Positions 1 through 10,853 of a DNA stretch of 35,603 nt are shown one piece after another. The stretch comes from Priapulus caudatus (Eukaryota), in contig NW_014577067.1 in the NCBI RefSeq assembly GCF_000485595.1, forward strand, positions 1,142,840 through 1,178,442, in the 5' to 3' direction. Position 1 is the stretch's first letter. Each line of letters begins with the position of its first letter. The translations under genes were made by a program, and so were the position numbers. Under the pieces are notes generated by a model, which worked only from the letters and a program-made list of their open reading frames with translations, ran no database searches and was not told the origin of the DNA.

Positions 1-266
1 TTGTAGCGTTGATGTGTAAATAATTAAGTTAAGTATCTGGTGACATATAACATGGTGGGTATAGACGATATTGTTTACTAGTAAGTAAAGCAGTTGTATG
101 CAGTAAAATCCTAGGGCTACTGTCCCCTTTAAGCAAACGCGCAGGTGAAATGGGAGCAACTAGAGTTTTTTATTTTGTCATAAGGTAGTGTGATTATGCA
201 GTGACACGAAGTATTTGCTAATCTAGTACTTGAGAAATTAGCGTTTGGATGCGCATTGTGAGGCCT

Positions 267-578
267 TTAAACTATTTATAACCTTGTTAAACAAAATTTC
301 GAAGTGACGAGCGGGCGATATTTTCGAGCTGCGCATTTTCTGTTGACGGCTGTGACGTACAGATTCCGCAATGCGCATAGCGTTCGGCTAACTTCGTGCA
401 TGACGTCATGACTGAAGCCGCAGGCAATCCGCATGATACATTCGATCTTGAGTCGAATGTTAGGGCGAACGCTATGCGCATTGGGAATCTGTAGCGTCAC
501 AGGTCAACCGAAATGGCCGCTCTGAAATATCGCGGCTCGTCAACTTTCACATTTTGTAAGCAGGTTATAATAGTTTAA
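267..578. mobile_element. Palindromic MITE flanked by TTAA
   Basis: Left ttaaactatt(t)ataacc and right ggttataatagtttaa. Inverted arms of about 130 bp include gcgcatagcgttcg/cgaacgctatgcgc. Confidence 0.65.
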
Positions 579-1924
579 TACAGAGTATTGTGATACATAG
601 TAAAGTCCCCAGGTATACAGAGAAAGGGTTCATGTTTTAGAATAAACCCATGTTTGGAAGTTTTAGTCTCGCAAAACACACACATAAGAACTGTCTCCTG
701 AGTGAATCACTCAGGGGCGTCCTCCAAAGGAAAAGAATAGGCTCACATGTGTAACCTACTCTTGTTGGTTACATTGATTGTATTAGCAAAAACATAACAG
801 AATAGGCAAGAAGGACTCGTTGCGCTTGACTGCAAGATGCGCAGATCGTTTCAGTCATTGTAGTGGCGGCATTAGCAGGCTCTATTGAGTGGCGAGTTCT
901 AGTTTGCAACCACCTTGCACATTTGCCATGTTAGTCCTTGGGCAGGTACGTCTCATTAATAAATTGTTATTAAAAACCGGGTTATAACCACTCTGACAAC
1001 GTGTAGCGACACAAATTGGCTCGAGTTAATGTCTGAGATTGGTATAGGGTTCCAAATATTGAAATATAGCTGTTGTGGTGAACTAAGGGCCTAGTGCTAC
1101 TCGGCCTAGACTAAATGCAGTAATGAATGTTTGTATTACTGAATACTGTACTTGGATATAGTCAGGAGTAGAATTTATCATCGGTGCCTGATATTGGTGT
1201 GACAGTACACACAGGCTATATATAGAACAGTGGTTGTAGTCCATGCTTTATCCTAAATTCATGCCGTGGCTAAATATAAACTAGCTTCAAACGCCCGTTA
1301 ATGTTATTGTTAGTAGACATTACGTCAGTTAATTAGCAGTGATTATCTTGATTTGCGATTTCTGTGAAGAGTTTAATGGAATTTGCAATGCTGAAAATCA
1401 TTGCATTAGAAAACGTAATCTGAATGTTATGTTACGTCTCTTTTACGGTAGGAACGCGTTAAACTCCGAACGAGTGGGCAACAGTGAAGCGACGTTATGA
1501 CCGCCTCAGCCTACGGCTTATAATTGGTAGTGATAAATCAACTTACCCATTTCTTTCTCAGCTGTTTATGTCCCTAAACCGCCGCGCCAACTTGTTTGAG
1601 TAGAAAAGACAAAACAAATTCAGTTAGACACTGCCATCTATTGTTAGGGCTATTGTGGGTATTACCAATATACGCCTATATAATATGTGCGTGGAAAAAT
1701 CGAGTGTGAGCTTGTTATCATGGCTTTATAGTAGTTAGAATGAATGTGGAATGTCATGTAGAAATAAGCCCAAGATTATAGTTCGATATAATGTAAATAT
1801 GAAACGTGTATCCGTTAGAAAATCATTAAGTTCGACTCTTGAGTTTCGGTTTACGCAATTTCTCATTCGCGCCGCAAGGCCGGTTGTGCTCACGGTTGCG
1901 ATTTCCCTCGCCGCGGTGAGAGAT

Positions 1925-2083
1925 ACCTGGCTGACGGTCGTAAGATCCCGGTTGTACAAATAGATAAAGATGTTTTGTAATGATTGGTGCGAAATGTTAT
2001 TCCCAGAAAACCCAAAGGGGCCGTCACCTTGGGTAAAAAGTTTTCAACACGCCATGCAGTATTAGCTGATAAGAACGCCAAAA
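1925..2083 (+). CDS. HPF1: HPF1 exon 1 (PBZ zinc finger), in the expected position but frameshifted by many small insertions (probable sequence error)
   Basis: Aligns by eye to the intact copy at 10854-10985 (tggctgacgg..., tggtgcgaaatgttat, cagtattagctgataagaacg). It lies upstream of the phase-0 exon at 6183. Confidence 0.6.
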
Positions 2084-2392
2084 GTCTTGTATTTGTTACT
2101 TTTAGATGATTTAATACCCCTCGTAACGACTTGTTCTGACCCAGTCCACACTGGTTCAACTTGCAACGTTCAGATAGAGATACATGGTCTCAGTTGAGAC
2201 ACTCATGTATATTTTCATGTGCAATATCCAAGAGTACATAATTATATCAATACTAAATCAGGTTAGCCCGGTTATGGGATTACGGGGTTTAGTACGTTGG
2301 GGTAGGCACAACTTGGTTTGTCTATGTGGGGTGATCCCATTGTTCTCTAATTCCTTTGGGCCGTCACAGGCTCCAGCAGTCAAGTCCTACAG

Positions 2393-3119
2393 TTAAGACC
2401 GGAATAATTCTGTGCGCATATCAGACCTTTTTTATTGATTTGGTGGAGGGTGTATATATATGGGACATTGAACGGAGTTCCCGATTGAAGATTCTCGTGA
2501 GATTGCATGCAAAATGCATGCGCTGAGAATTGCGGCCTCGTAGCGCCGTATTGCGGCGAAAAAAAAAACCTAACGGTTCCCTTCTACATGGCTTTACCTT
2601 GGCTACTGATATGTGTATCACATTCACTCAATCGTTATTCACTTCTTAAAAGATTGTTTTTCATAAACACTGCGCTTAGTCACTTTCGCTAAATTACATA
2701 CGGCGCATTTACAAACAATCGACGCAATTCAGAGCGAGTCTTACAATAGCGCCTGTTTCTTGCTTGTATGCTGTGGCGGGCTGCAGGAGGCCTGATAGAC
2801 TCGCTGTGATTGGTCTGAATTGTTTTGTAAATGGTCGATGTAATTTTAGGAAAGTTGTAACGAAGCGGTGTTTTTATGAAACCACTATCTTTAAGAAGTG
2901 AATAACGATTGAAGTGACATGTATACACATGCTAGTAGCAAGGTAAAGCGATGTACGAAAGGGTAAGCGGTAGGTTTTTTTTCGCGCAATAGCGGCCGGT
3001 ACGGGCCGCATTCTCAGGCCGGCCATGCATTTTGCATGCGATCTCACGAAAATTTCAATGACTCCGTTCTGCTCCCCCAATATAACTTCACTATAAATAT
3101 TCAGAACTTATTCGGTCTA
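2393..3119. mobile_element. Array unit 1: foldback non-autonomous element, TAGACCGAATAATTCTG...CAGAATTATTCGGTCTA (Academ-like ends)
   Basis: Inverted arms of about 300 bp, cleaner in copy B (11249-11954). Flanked by AGTCCACAG-like 9-mers. Confidence 0.75.
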
Positions 3120-3460
3120 AGTCCGCACAGTAAAAACCGACCCAGCNNNNNNNNNNNNNNNNNNNNNNNNNNNNNNNNNNNNNNNNNNNNNNNNNNNNNN
3201 NNNNNNNNNNNNNNNNNNNNNNNNNNNNNNNNNNNNNNNNNNNNNNNNNNNNNNNNNNNNNNNNNNNNNNNNNNNNNNNNNNNNNNNNNNNNNNNNNNNN
3301 NNNNNNNNNNNNNNNNNNNNNNNNNNNNNNNNNNNNNNNNNNNNNNNNNNNNNNNNNNNNNNNNNNNNNNNNNNNNNNNNNNNNNNNNNNNNNNNNNNNN
3401 NNNNNNNNNNNNNNNNNNNNNNNNNNNNNNNNNNNNNNNNNNNNNNNNNNNNNNNNNNNN

Positions 3461-3954
3461 AGTGGATAATATCAGTGCATGAAAGAGAAATAACTAGGGG
3501 GGTCCGGGGGGCGTGTATTTTTACCGTACGACTAATTAATGCGTAAAATCGCCACCACACCATAGACGGTATTTGGGGTGCTTGTATATATAAGATAGCC
3601 GAGTCGGTGTACAGTTAGTGACAGGTTAACTGTGCATTGTCAGGTTAACTTGTGTACTGTCTGCAGTGCATGCGTGGTACGGTAAAAATACACGCGTCGG
3701 ATGTCCTGGTCGAACGGCGAATTCTTGACGGTCGATTCCCGCGCTGGCAAACTTTTATTGTGGTGGAATTTAAACGGGGCGGAGGTAATTTAAACGGGGC
3801 GCAACGATTCAAACAGGGGGGAGTTTTCCCAAACGGGGCGCAACGATTCAAACAGGGGGGAGTTTTCCCAAACGGGGCGCAACGATTCAAACAGGGGGGA
3901 GTTTTCCCAAACGGGGCGCGCGCGCCCTGTTTGCGCAACGTAGGGAGAACCCTG
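3461..3954. mobile_element. Nested element fragment with a CAGGGTTCTCCC terminus (hAT-like, tentative)
   Basis: Ends ...gggagaaccctg exactly where the unit 2/unit 4 homology begins. Internal inverted 19-mer at 3511-3529 and 3677-3695. The other end is in the gap. Confidence 0.4.
3792..3918 (+). repeat. 39-bp tandem repeat, about 3.3 identical copies
   Basis: aaacggggcgcaacgattcaaacaggggggagttttccc at 3792, 3831 and 3870, partial at 3909. Confidence 0.95.
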
Positions 3955-4146
3955 CTCAGTGATAGCGCACATATAATAAATCGAGGCGTGGAAGTACAGA
4001 GAAGCTGTAAGAATCATAAAAAGTGAGATAATTTAACGTTAAATAGCAGCGCACGTACTGCCGAACATATTTCTAATGCGTCGGTTTGTGACCCTCTCGC
4101 CACGTAGTGTTATTAGCGAGATGGGAACTTGTGGCTAAGTCCACAA

Positions 4147-4224
4147 TAACCCGACCAGGCTGTGTGACTAACGTCAATACACCTAGGGGTATTCTAACCC
4201 TAGCAATACCATTTCTTGGAGCTA
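4147..4224. mobile_element. Array unit 3: 78-bp mini element TAACCCGACCAGGC...TTGGAGCTA
   Basis: Bounded by AGTCCACAA (4138-4146) and AGTCCACAG (4225-4233). Its left end is shared with the termini of units 2 and 4. Confidence 0.6.
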
Positions 4225-4233
4225 AGTCCACAG

Positions 4234-4806
4234 TAGCCACAAGTTCCTTTCTCGTTTAACACTACGTTGGCGAGAGGGTCACAAGCCGACGCATTAGAAT
4301 ATTGTTCGGCATGACGTGCGCTGCTATTAAACGTAAAATTATCTAGCTTTTTATGATTGTTACCGCTTCTCTGTACTTCCACGCCTCAATTTATTATATG
4401 TGCGCTATCACTAAGCATGTATTTACGTGTCAGCGAGTAATTATTTATAAATTGATAAGATAAAACTAAAAAAAACACGGCCATTTTCCCATAGATATCA
4501 CATCATACGTAGCAAAAAATACATTGCAAACAGTACAAAAAGAGACATAAGAACATCCAATATGGCGTTTTACAACGTTCAAATAGTATAGCTGTTCGAA
4601 ATTCTCTTATTTTAACGTGTATTTCGAGGTAAATAGTAATTAAGAAGGGATGCGATAGTTGCAAACATGTAACAGGTGAGGTCAAATGTGATAATGCATT
4701 GTTTTATTTACGAAATTCGGAGTTTGTTTTTAAGCTACCAGGCATTTCGTATGGAAGGGTGTCAGGCTCCTACGACGTGTAACAGTCGGAGAGCCTGGTC
4801 GGTTTA
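4234..4806 (+). mobile_element. Array unit 4: 573-bp element TAGCCACAAG...CCTGGTCGGTTTA
   Basis: Exact AGTCCACAG direct repeats on both sides (4225-4233, 4807-4815). Confidence 0.75.
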
Positions 4807-4815
4807 AGTCCACAG

Positions 4816-5209
4816 TAGCTCTAGTACTATAGGCTATAGCCCGCGTTCATTAACTGCCGCAGGGCTATAGAACATTGTCAGCTCGATTTCGCTACTGCAT
4901 TTGGACCCGATTGGTTCTACGNNNNNNNNNNNNNNNNNNNNNNNNNCGCGTTTGCACGCCACAATATTTCAAATGGTACAGTCAGTAGTGCTGACTTGTG
5001 AGGAATAAAGCTATTAAATGCATAAATACATGGTGTAAAGTTGTGGAAAGTGTTCAAAAAGATAGGTGAGATGTCCATGTAGATCATTTTGTGTTTTCTG
5101 AGCCATTTTTCGTAGAACCAATCGGGTCCAAATGCAGTAGCGAAATCGAGCTGACAATGTTCTATAGCCCTGCGGCAGTTAATGAACGTGGGCTATAGTA
5201 CTAGAGCTA
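4816..5209. mobile_element. Array unit 5: MITE with ~100-bp TIRs, TAGCTCTAGTACTATAG...CTATAGTACTAGAGCTA
   Basis: 4816-4921 and 5111-5209 are near-perfect inverted repeats. Exact AGTCCACAG at 4807-4815 and 5210-5218. Confidence 0.85.
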
Positions 5210-5592
5210 AGTCCACAGGCACTTGAAGCGTTTCATCTGTAAACACATGCCGCCGCCATTGCATAGTCAACATATTCACAGGCACTGCTAAAACCGTCTT
5301 TTGGTACAATAATAATATATTGTTCTGAGTGATCAGGTTACCGTGCTCATGCCCATGTGAGTTGTAAGGTAGATCTGCATATGTGTATCTGTATGTATTA
5401 TTGTATAACCCTTAGCCCACCACTGCCAGGCAGTGGCTACTGTACAGCTTGTCCAATGTCATAATGTCTGACAGTGACAGTGACAAGTCCTGCCAGAAAT
5501 TTCAATGTAAACAGCAGCTATCGAGTCAACGTGGCTTGATTGTGTATTGCGTCAAGTGCTTGAATTTAAAATAGTGCTTCCCAGAATATGAA

Positions 5593-5888
5593 GGGTGTTG
5601 CTATCCCCCGGGCGTGGATGGACGGTCACGTGATGCAGTTGACGTATACTTCAAAACTTAACAGTAACCATAACCCTAACCCTAACTCCAACACTAACCC
5701 TAACACTAAATATCTATATATCGGATATCTATATATAGGGGCGTCATCCACAAAAGTTAATCTATGGTGTGGGGACAGATATCATGATGCAAAAACCCTA
5801 ACCCTAACCCTGATCCTAACCCTAAACCTAACACTAGTGCTGCAACGTTGCGGTACTGTCTCTCCACGCCCGGGGGATAGAATTTCCC
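5593..5888. mobile_element. MULE-like MITE with 9-bp TSD GAATATGAA and internal TAACCC-like repeats
   Basis: GGG...CCC ends and inverted ctatcccccgggcgtgga/tccacgcccgggggatag. GAATATGAA at 5584-5592 and 5889-5897. Confidence 0.8.
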
Positions 5889-6182
5889 GAATATGAACCT
5901 AACCCTACACTTCACTATCACACCTTTAGAAGATTGTCACTGAAGGTTGTAACTGCCTTGGCCTTGGACAGTGCTGCTACATTCATCTTTGAATTGATGC
6001 TAAAGTGGTATGGTATATCTTTCACCACATCCACAATACAACACTGTATTTATTTGAAATTAAAACTTGCCAAATACCTACCCTAACTTAACCCCGGGGC
6101 TCTATTTCCAATGAGTAACAATGTTTAAAAAAAAGTTTGTTCATCACTAAGTTAAAAAGTGTTTGTGTAATACATTCTGCAG

Positions 6183-6240
6183 GGACCACCTAGAAAAAAG
6201 GCCAAGTTGGATATTGATGAGACACAAGAAAATGCATCTG
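6183..6240 (+). CDS. HPF1: HPF1 exon 2 (GPPRKKAKLDIDETQENAS; basic NLS-like motif)
   Basis: ttctgcag acceptor and G|gtgaga donor. Phase 0 in and phase 1 out fit both neighbours. Confidence 0.75.
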
Positions 6241-9087
6241 GTGAGAGACAGAAAGAGGTAGAAAGAAAGGGAGAGAGAGAGCGGGAGGGGTAGATTGAGA
6301 GAGAAAGGGGAGATAGCGGGGGAGATGGAGGTTCCATGGTTGGTATGTCTTATGGATCTGTTTGTGTAATTATTGAAGCATAGATTTGAGAAATTAATAC
6401 TTGTTAACGTTTAAGCGTTAGTCATTGCATATAGAAACAAAATTGAATGTCTTTGGCAAGTCCACGCATTTGTGTCTGTCAATGATACGCTAAATTCCCC
6501 CCATGCTCTGCAGATTCTGGTATTACACTGGTTGAAAAGGAGAAAGTGACTGAAGCCATCCTCAGTAAATTTGGAGTGCGGATGCCTGATGATTTTTATC
6601 AATTCTGGGAGTTTTGCTCGGAGCTTGATGAAAAGAAACCAGCAGGTATCTTGTAATACTTGCGTGTGAAAGCTAGAATTACTATCCAGTTTATATAGAG
6701 TGCATTTTACCAATGTCTAGTCCTGAAGGCAAAAGCTTTGCATTGTGCTTCAGTAACATGGGTTAATATTAGCTAGTGTACAATACAGGGGTGTTCACAT
6801 CATGTTCGATATATATTTTCAGTTTAATTTCGTATAAAACTTTAACATGACCTGACGGAATTGAGTATTTAACGCAGACTCACCAAGATATTTTTCATGG
6901 TTGAACGGACCTTTGTGAAGGAAGATGGAGAGAGACCGGGCTTGTTCATCTGGTTAGATTCTAATGTTATCATCCTTCTCGAATTTTAGATGCAATTTCC
7001 TCGATCGGTTTGACGTTAGTTGGCCCTTACGACGTACAATCGGGCTTGTTTGACGTGGAAAAGATAGATCGCGAGAGTTGCCTGACGCACTGGAGGTACT
7101 ATTATGACCCACCCGAATTCCAAACCATCTTGAAGGGAGATGACACGTCAGGTTTCCATATTGGATATTTCCGGTAGGTGGTTGTTGAAATACATACCAG
7201 CATGAGAGCCTTTTTGAACAACTGTATACGTTTTAATTATTTTACATGTTTTAAACTTTTATTATATTTATTATATAGCTTACCATAAAATAGTTACACA
7301 AGCATGTATCCTCATATGTTATATGTTTCTTGTGAGTATACATATGTTAAAATGATAATAATGGATGATATGATGGCTTGTCGTTGTTTTGTGTGTGTCT
7401 CACTGATGCTTGTATTATTATTCTTACTTTTTATCACTTATTGATGCTATCAATTCAATACGTGACATGAGACGGCAAGAATTGATAGAAAAGCTACTCA
7501 CTCTATTGTTTACGACTTACGGAATCCGATGAGAGAAAGCTCATCATCACAATGCTTAGATAGGAAATTTTATTTGATGGTAAATCAGCTTTAATCTTGT
7601 TGTTTTCCTCTAGAGATGAGCCCGACGCGTTGCCAGTGTTTGCCGCATCAAACAACGCTGTCCATGGCTGTAAGATATCGCCCGAGGGAGAAAATCTTTT
7701 CTCAGCTGTTAAGTATGTGGCTTTTATAATCTCACACGTGTTCAATCTCTACCAAAATCGTTTGCAATTTTGTACATATCAATTGAATGTATTTGGTGTC
7801 GAGTTTTGCTGGGGAGGTTAAATGCCATCAACACTCTGTGACAGTGTTTTTTTTTCCTTGTGCGTCAGACTTTACATAGGCCGAGAGAAAAAGACGACGA
7901 AAGATAAAACCCACAGAGCCAACTTGGAGAGAGTCGAGAAGGCTTTGTTGGACTGTGCCTCAAAGCACGGGATTCCTTTAGAGGCGAACACGAAGACCAT
8001 GAAGTCTAGGTCTAAGCGAGTCGTCTGTAAGCTGTTCCATTGTTGCGGCCTTGTTGTTCCCGTGGACGACAATGAAGTAGGATACAGAGAGGTGCCAGAG
8101 ACACCTGGTGAGCAATTTGTGTGAACACGTTTTTTTAGAGACCAAGTGCCAATGTAAACTACTGTTATTTTTCTAATAGGAGAGATGGTAGTTAATGCAA
8201 AATGTGTTATTTATTCAATTTCATCACATGGAAGTATAAATGTTTATGTGGTGTACTGGCCTGGTTGGTTTCATGCTGTGTAGACGACTAGTACGAAAGT
8301 AGCCACAGATCAAAGAAAGCTTTGTATAAGTTGTGGTAGTTTTTGGCCAGCAGGTGGTGCTGCGTTCTGCATGAAATCTACACTTTAACTACATGTAGCC
8401 GAAATGCTGTCACAGTTAACCCATATGTTATTTGGCAGCAGAGAAAAATGATAACAAAACAATATCGAAGTAAGAGTAAAGAAATGTTTTGTAAACGTAT
8501 GTATAGTGCAGACAAAACAAAAGTAGTTTCTGATTGTCTATAGTCAAACTTGTGAGGTCCTTTTTTTTACTAAAAAGTGAACAACATACCCTATTAGGTT
8601 ATTTTTTGAAAACAGCAATTATTTTTGTAACTATTTATTCTGCAGCATATCATTATATAAATTTGTACCCTATCTGCTCATTTATTTATCCAATTATTTA
8701 TTTATTTACTCAATTAATGTCACTGTGCAGATTATAATAATTACAAGTACAAAAAAACTAATCTAGAGGAATTCATGTTCTATAGGAGCATTGAAAAAGA
8801 TGTTTGCACGCATTGAGGCAGCTGAAACGGATGAAGAAAGGATGACGGCGTTTGACCCCATCCAAGAATTGATGACGCTCGTGCAGTTTGCCAATGATGA
8901 GTGTGACTACGGCATGGGCATCGAGCTTGGCCTTCACATGTTCTCATGTGGCTCCCTCTACCTCCACAAGACGATACTTAAACTTTTGCCTATGGGCTAC
9001 CAGTTTATCGGGCGAGAACTATTCGGTGAGATTATCACAGCTCATCTCAAAAATCGGCGTAGCGGAAGTGAACTTAGCGCCATCTAG
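6183..9087 (+). CDS. HPF1: Histone PARylation factor 1, spliced: exons 6183-6240, 6514-6645, 6990-7173, 7614-7712, 7869-8107, 8786-9087. About 381 aa once the upstream 132-nt PBZ exon is included.
   Basis: Manual splicing gives GT-AG introns with consistent phases (1,1,2,2,1) and an open frame. The translation contains recognisable HPF1 motifs MPDDFYQFWEFC, LVGPYD, HWRYYYDPPEFQTI, FHIGYFRD, FHCCGLVVPVDDNEVGYRE and VQFANDECDYGMG. It ends at TAG 9085-9087. Confidence 0.95.
6514..6645 (+). CDS. HPF1: HPF1 exon 3
   Basis: ctctgcag acceptor and CAG|gtatct donor. Encodes ...KFGVRMPDDFYQFWEFCSELDEKKPA. Confidence 0.93.
6990..7173 (+). CDS. HPF1: HPF1 exon 4
   Basis: ttttag acceptor and CG|gtaggt donor. 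Encodes LVGPYD...HWRYYYDPPEFQTILKGDDTSGFHIGYF. Confidence 0.95.
7614..7712 (+). CDS. HPF1: HPF1 exon 5
   Basis: ttttcctctag acceptor and AA|gtatgt donor. Encodes DEPDALPVFAASN...GENLFSAV. Confidence 0.93.
7869..8107 (+). CDS. HPF1: HPF1 exon 6
   Basis: Polypyrimidine tract with cag acceptor, and G|gtgagc donor. Encodes ...FHCCGLVVPVDDNEVGYREVPETP. Confidence 0.95.
8786..9087 (+). CDS. HPF1: HPF1 last exon, containing the catalytic ANDECDYG motif
   Basis: ttctatag acceptor, in phase. Encodes IQELMTLVQFANDECDYGMGIELG and stops at TAG. Confidence 0.95.
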
Positions 9088-9228
9088 TGCCGATGGCTAT
9101 GCATTGTAATCCAATATTAATTATGTAAATTATGCATACCTAATTATTGTCAGTTGTTTAAATTTATGACCTTTTCGTGTTTACAATTCATCAATACATG
9201 GCTATAACTGTACTATTTGTGTAAAGTA

Positions 9229-9234
9229 AATAAA
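9229..9234 (+). promoter_or_regulatory. Candidate polyadenylation signal of HPF1
   Basis: AATAAA about 140 nt after the stop, followed by T-rich sequence. Confidence 0.45.
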
Positions 9235-9300
9235 TGCTGTTATTTTAGGTATAAAATATCTCGCACGTAGGAAGTAGCATTTCTGTATCCCAGAATTGTA

Positions 9301-9397
9301 TTTTTAGCTCATCTGACATAGTAAGATGCAGCTTGTAGAATCGCATGAGCGTGCGTGCGTCCGTCCGTGCGTCAACAGTTGGGCACAAATCTTAACA
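9301..9397 (+). mobile_element. 5' end of a Helentron/DINE-like non-autonomous element (tentative)
   Basis: tttttagctcatctg, a short imperfect inverted repeat (catct...agatg), then a (CGTG/CGTC)n microsatellite. This is the usual 5' layout of such elements. Truncated at the copy B junction. Confidence 0.45.
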
Positions 9398-10853
9398 CGC
9401 ATAGCGTTCGGCTAACTTCGTCATGACGTCATGACTGACAGCAGGCATCCCATGATACATTCGATCTTGGAGTCGAAGTTAGCCGAACGCTATGCGCATT
9501 GGGAATCTGTACGTCACAGGTCAACAGAAATGGCGCTCGAAATATCGCCGCTCGTCACTTCAACATTTTGTAACAGGTTATAATAGTTTAATACAGAGTA
9601 TTGTGATACATAGTAAGTCCCAGGATAGCAGAGAAAGGTTCATGTTTAGAATAAACCCAGTTTGGAAGTTTTAGTCTCGAAAAACACACCATAAAACTGC
9701 CCTGAGTGAATCACTCAGGGGCTCCTCCAAAGAAAAGAATAGGCTCACATTGTAACCCTACTCTTGTTGGGTTACATTATTGTATCTAGCAAAAACATAA
9801 CAGAATAGCAAAAGGACTCGTTTGCCTTGACTGCAAGATGCCAGATCGTTTCAGTCATTGTAGTGCCGGCATTAGCAGGCATATATTGAGTCGAGTTCAA
9901 GTTTCAACCACCTTGCACATTGCCCATGTAGTCTTGGGCAGGTACGTCTCATTAAAAATGTTATTAAAAACCGGTTATAACCTCTGACAACGTGTACGAC
10001 ACAAATTGGCTCGAGTTAATGTCTGAGATGTGGTATAGGGTTCCAAATATTGAAATAAGCTGTTGTGGTGAACCTAGGCCTAGTGCTACTCGGCTAGACT
10101 AATGGCAGTAATGAATGTTTGTATTACTGAATACTGTACTTGGATATTAGCAGGAGTAGAATTTATCATCGGTGCCTGATATTGGTGTGACAGTACACAC
10201 AGCTATATATAGAACATGGTTGTAGTCCATGCTTTATCCTAAATTCATGCCGTGGCTAAATAAAATAGCATTCAAACGCCGTATGTTATTGTTAGTAGAC
10301 ATTACGTCATTAAATTAGCAGTGATTATCTTGATTGTGCGATTTCTGTGAAGAGTTTAATGAATTTGCAATGCTGAAAATCATTGCATTAGAACGTAATC
10401 TGAATGTTATGTTACGTCTCTTTTACGGTAGGAACGCGTTAAACTCCGAACAGTGCAACGAGTGTAAGCGACGTTATGACCATCAAGCACTACGGCTTAA
10501 ATTGGTAGTATAATCACACTTACCCATTTCTTTCTCAGCTGTTTATTCCTAAACCGCCGCCACTTGTTTGAGTAGAAAAGACAAAACAAATTCAGTTAGA
10601 CACTGCCATCTATTGGTAGGTATTGTGGTATTACCAATAATACCCTAATAATATGTGCGTGGAAAAATCGAGTGTGAGCTTTTATCATGGCTTTTATAGT
10701 AGTTAGAAGAATGTGGAATGTCATGTAGAAAAACCCAAGATTATAAGTTCGATATATTAAAATGAAACGTTATCCGTTAGAAAACATTAAGTGACCTTAG
10801 TTTGTTTAGAATTTCTCCGCAAGGGGTGGCCACTTGATTTCCCGGCGGGAAAT

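Larger units (their letters stand above)
374..3146 (+). repeat. Copy A of a ~2.6-2.8 kb direct duplication
   Basis: Collinear with 9398-11982 from cgcatagcgttcggcta to ccgacccagc. Differences are mostly single-base indels. Confidence 0.9.
3131..4137 (-). mobile_element. Array unit 2: probable inverted copy of the unit 4 family, spanning an N gap and carrying a nested element
   Basis: Starts taaaaaccgacccagc, approximately the reverse complement of the unit 4 right end. 3953-4137 is the reverse complement of 4234-4416. Confidence 0.6.

Noticed and set aside
105..132. Possible Kolobok-like terminus (gggctactgtcccctttaa)
   Set aside because: Only one end is visible, and no partner or TSD can be verified in the window.
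3036..3563. 148-aa ORFs
   Set aside because: They are artefacts of the N gap at 3147-3460.
2383..5218. True CRISPR array
   Set aside because: The context is an animal intron, the repeat is only 9 bp, the intervals are 78-1000 bp transposon-like units, and no cas genes are present.
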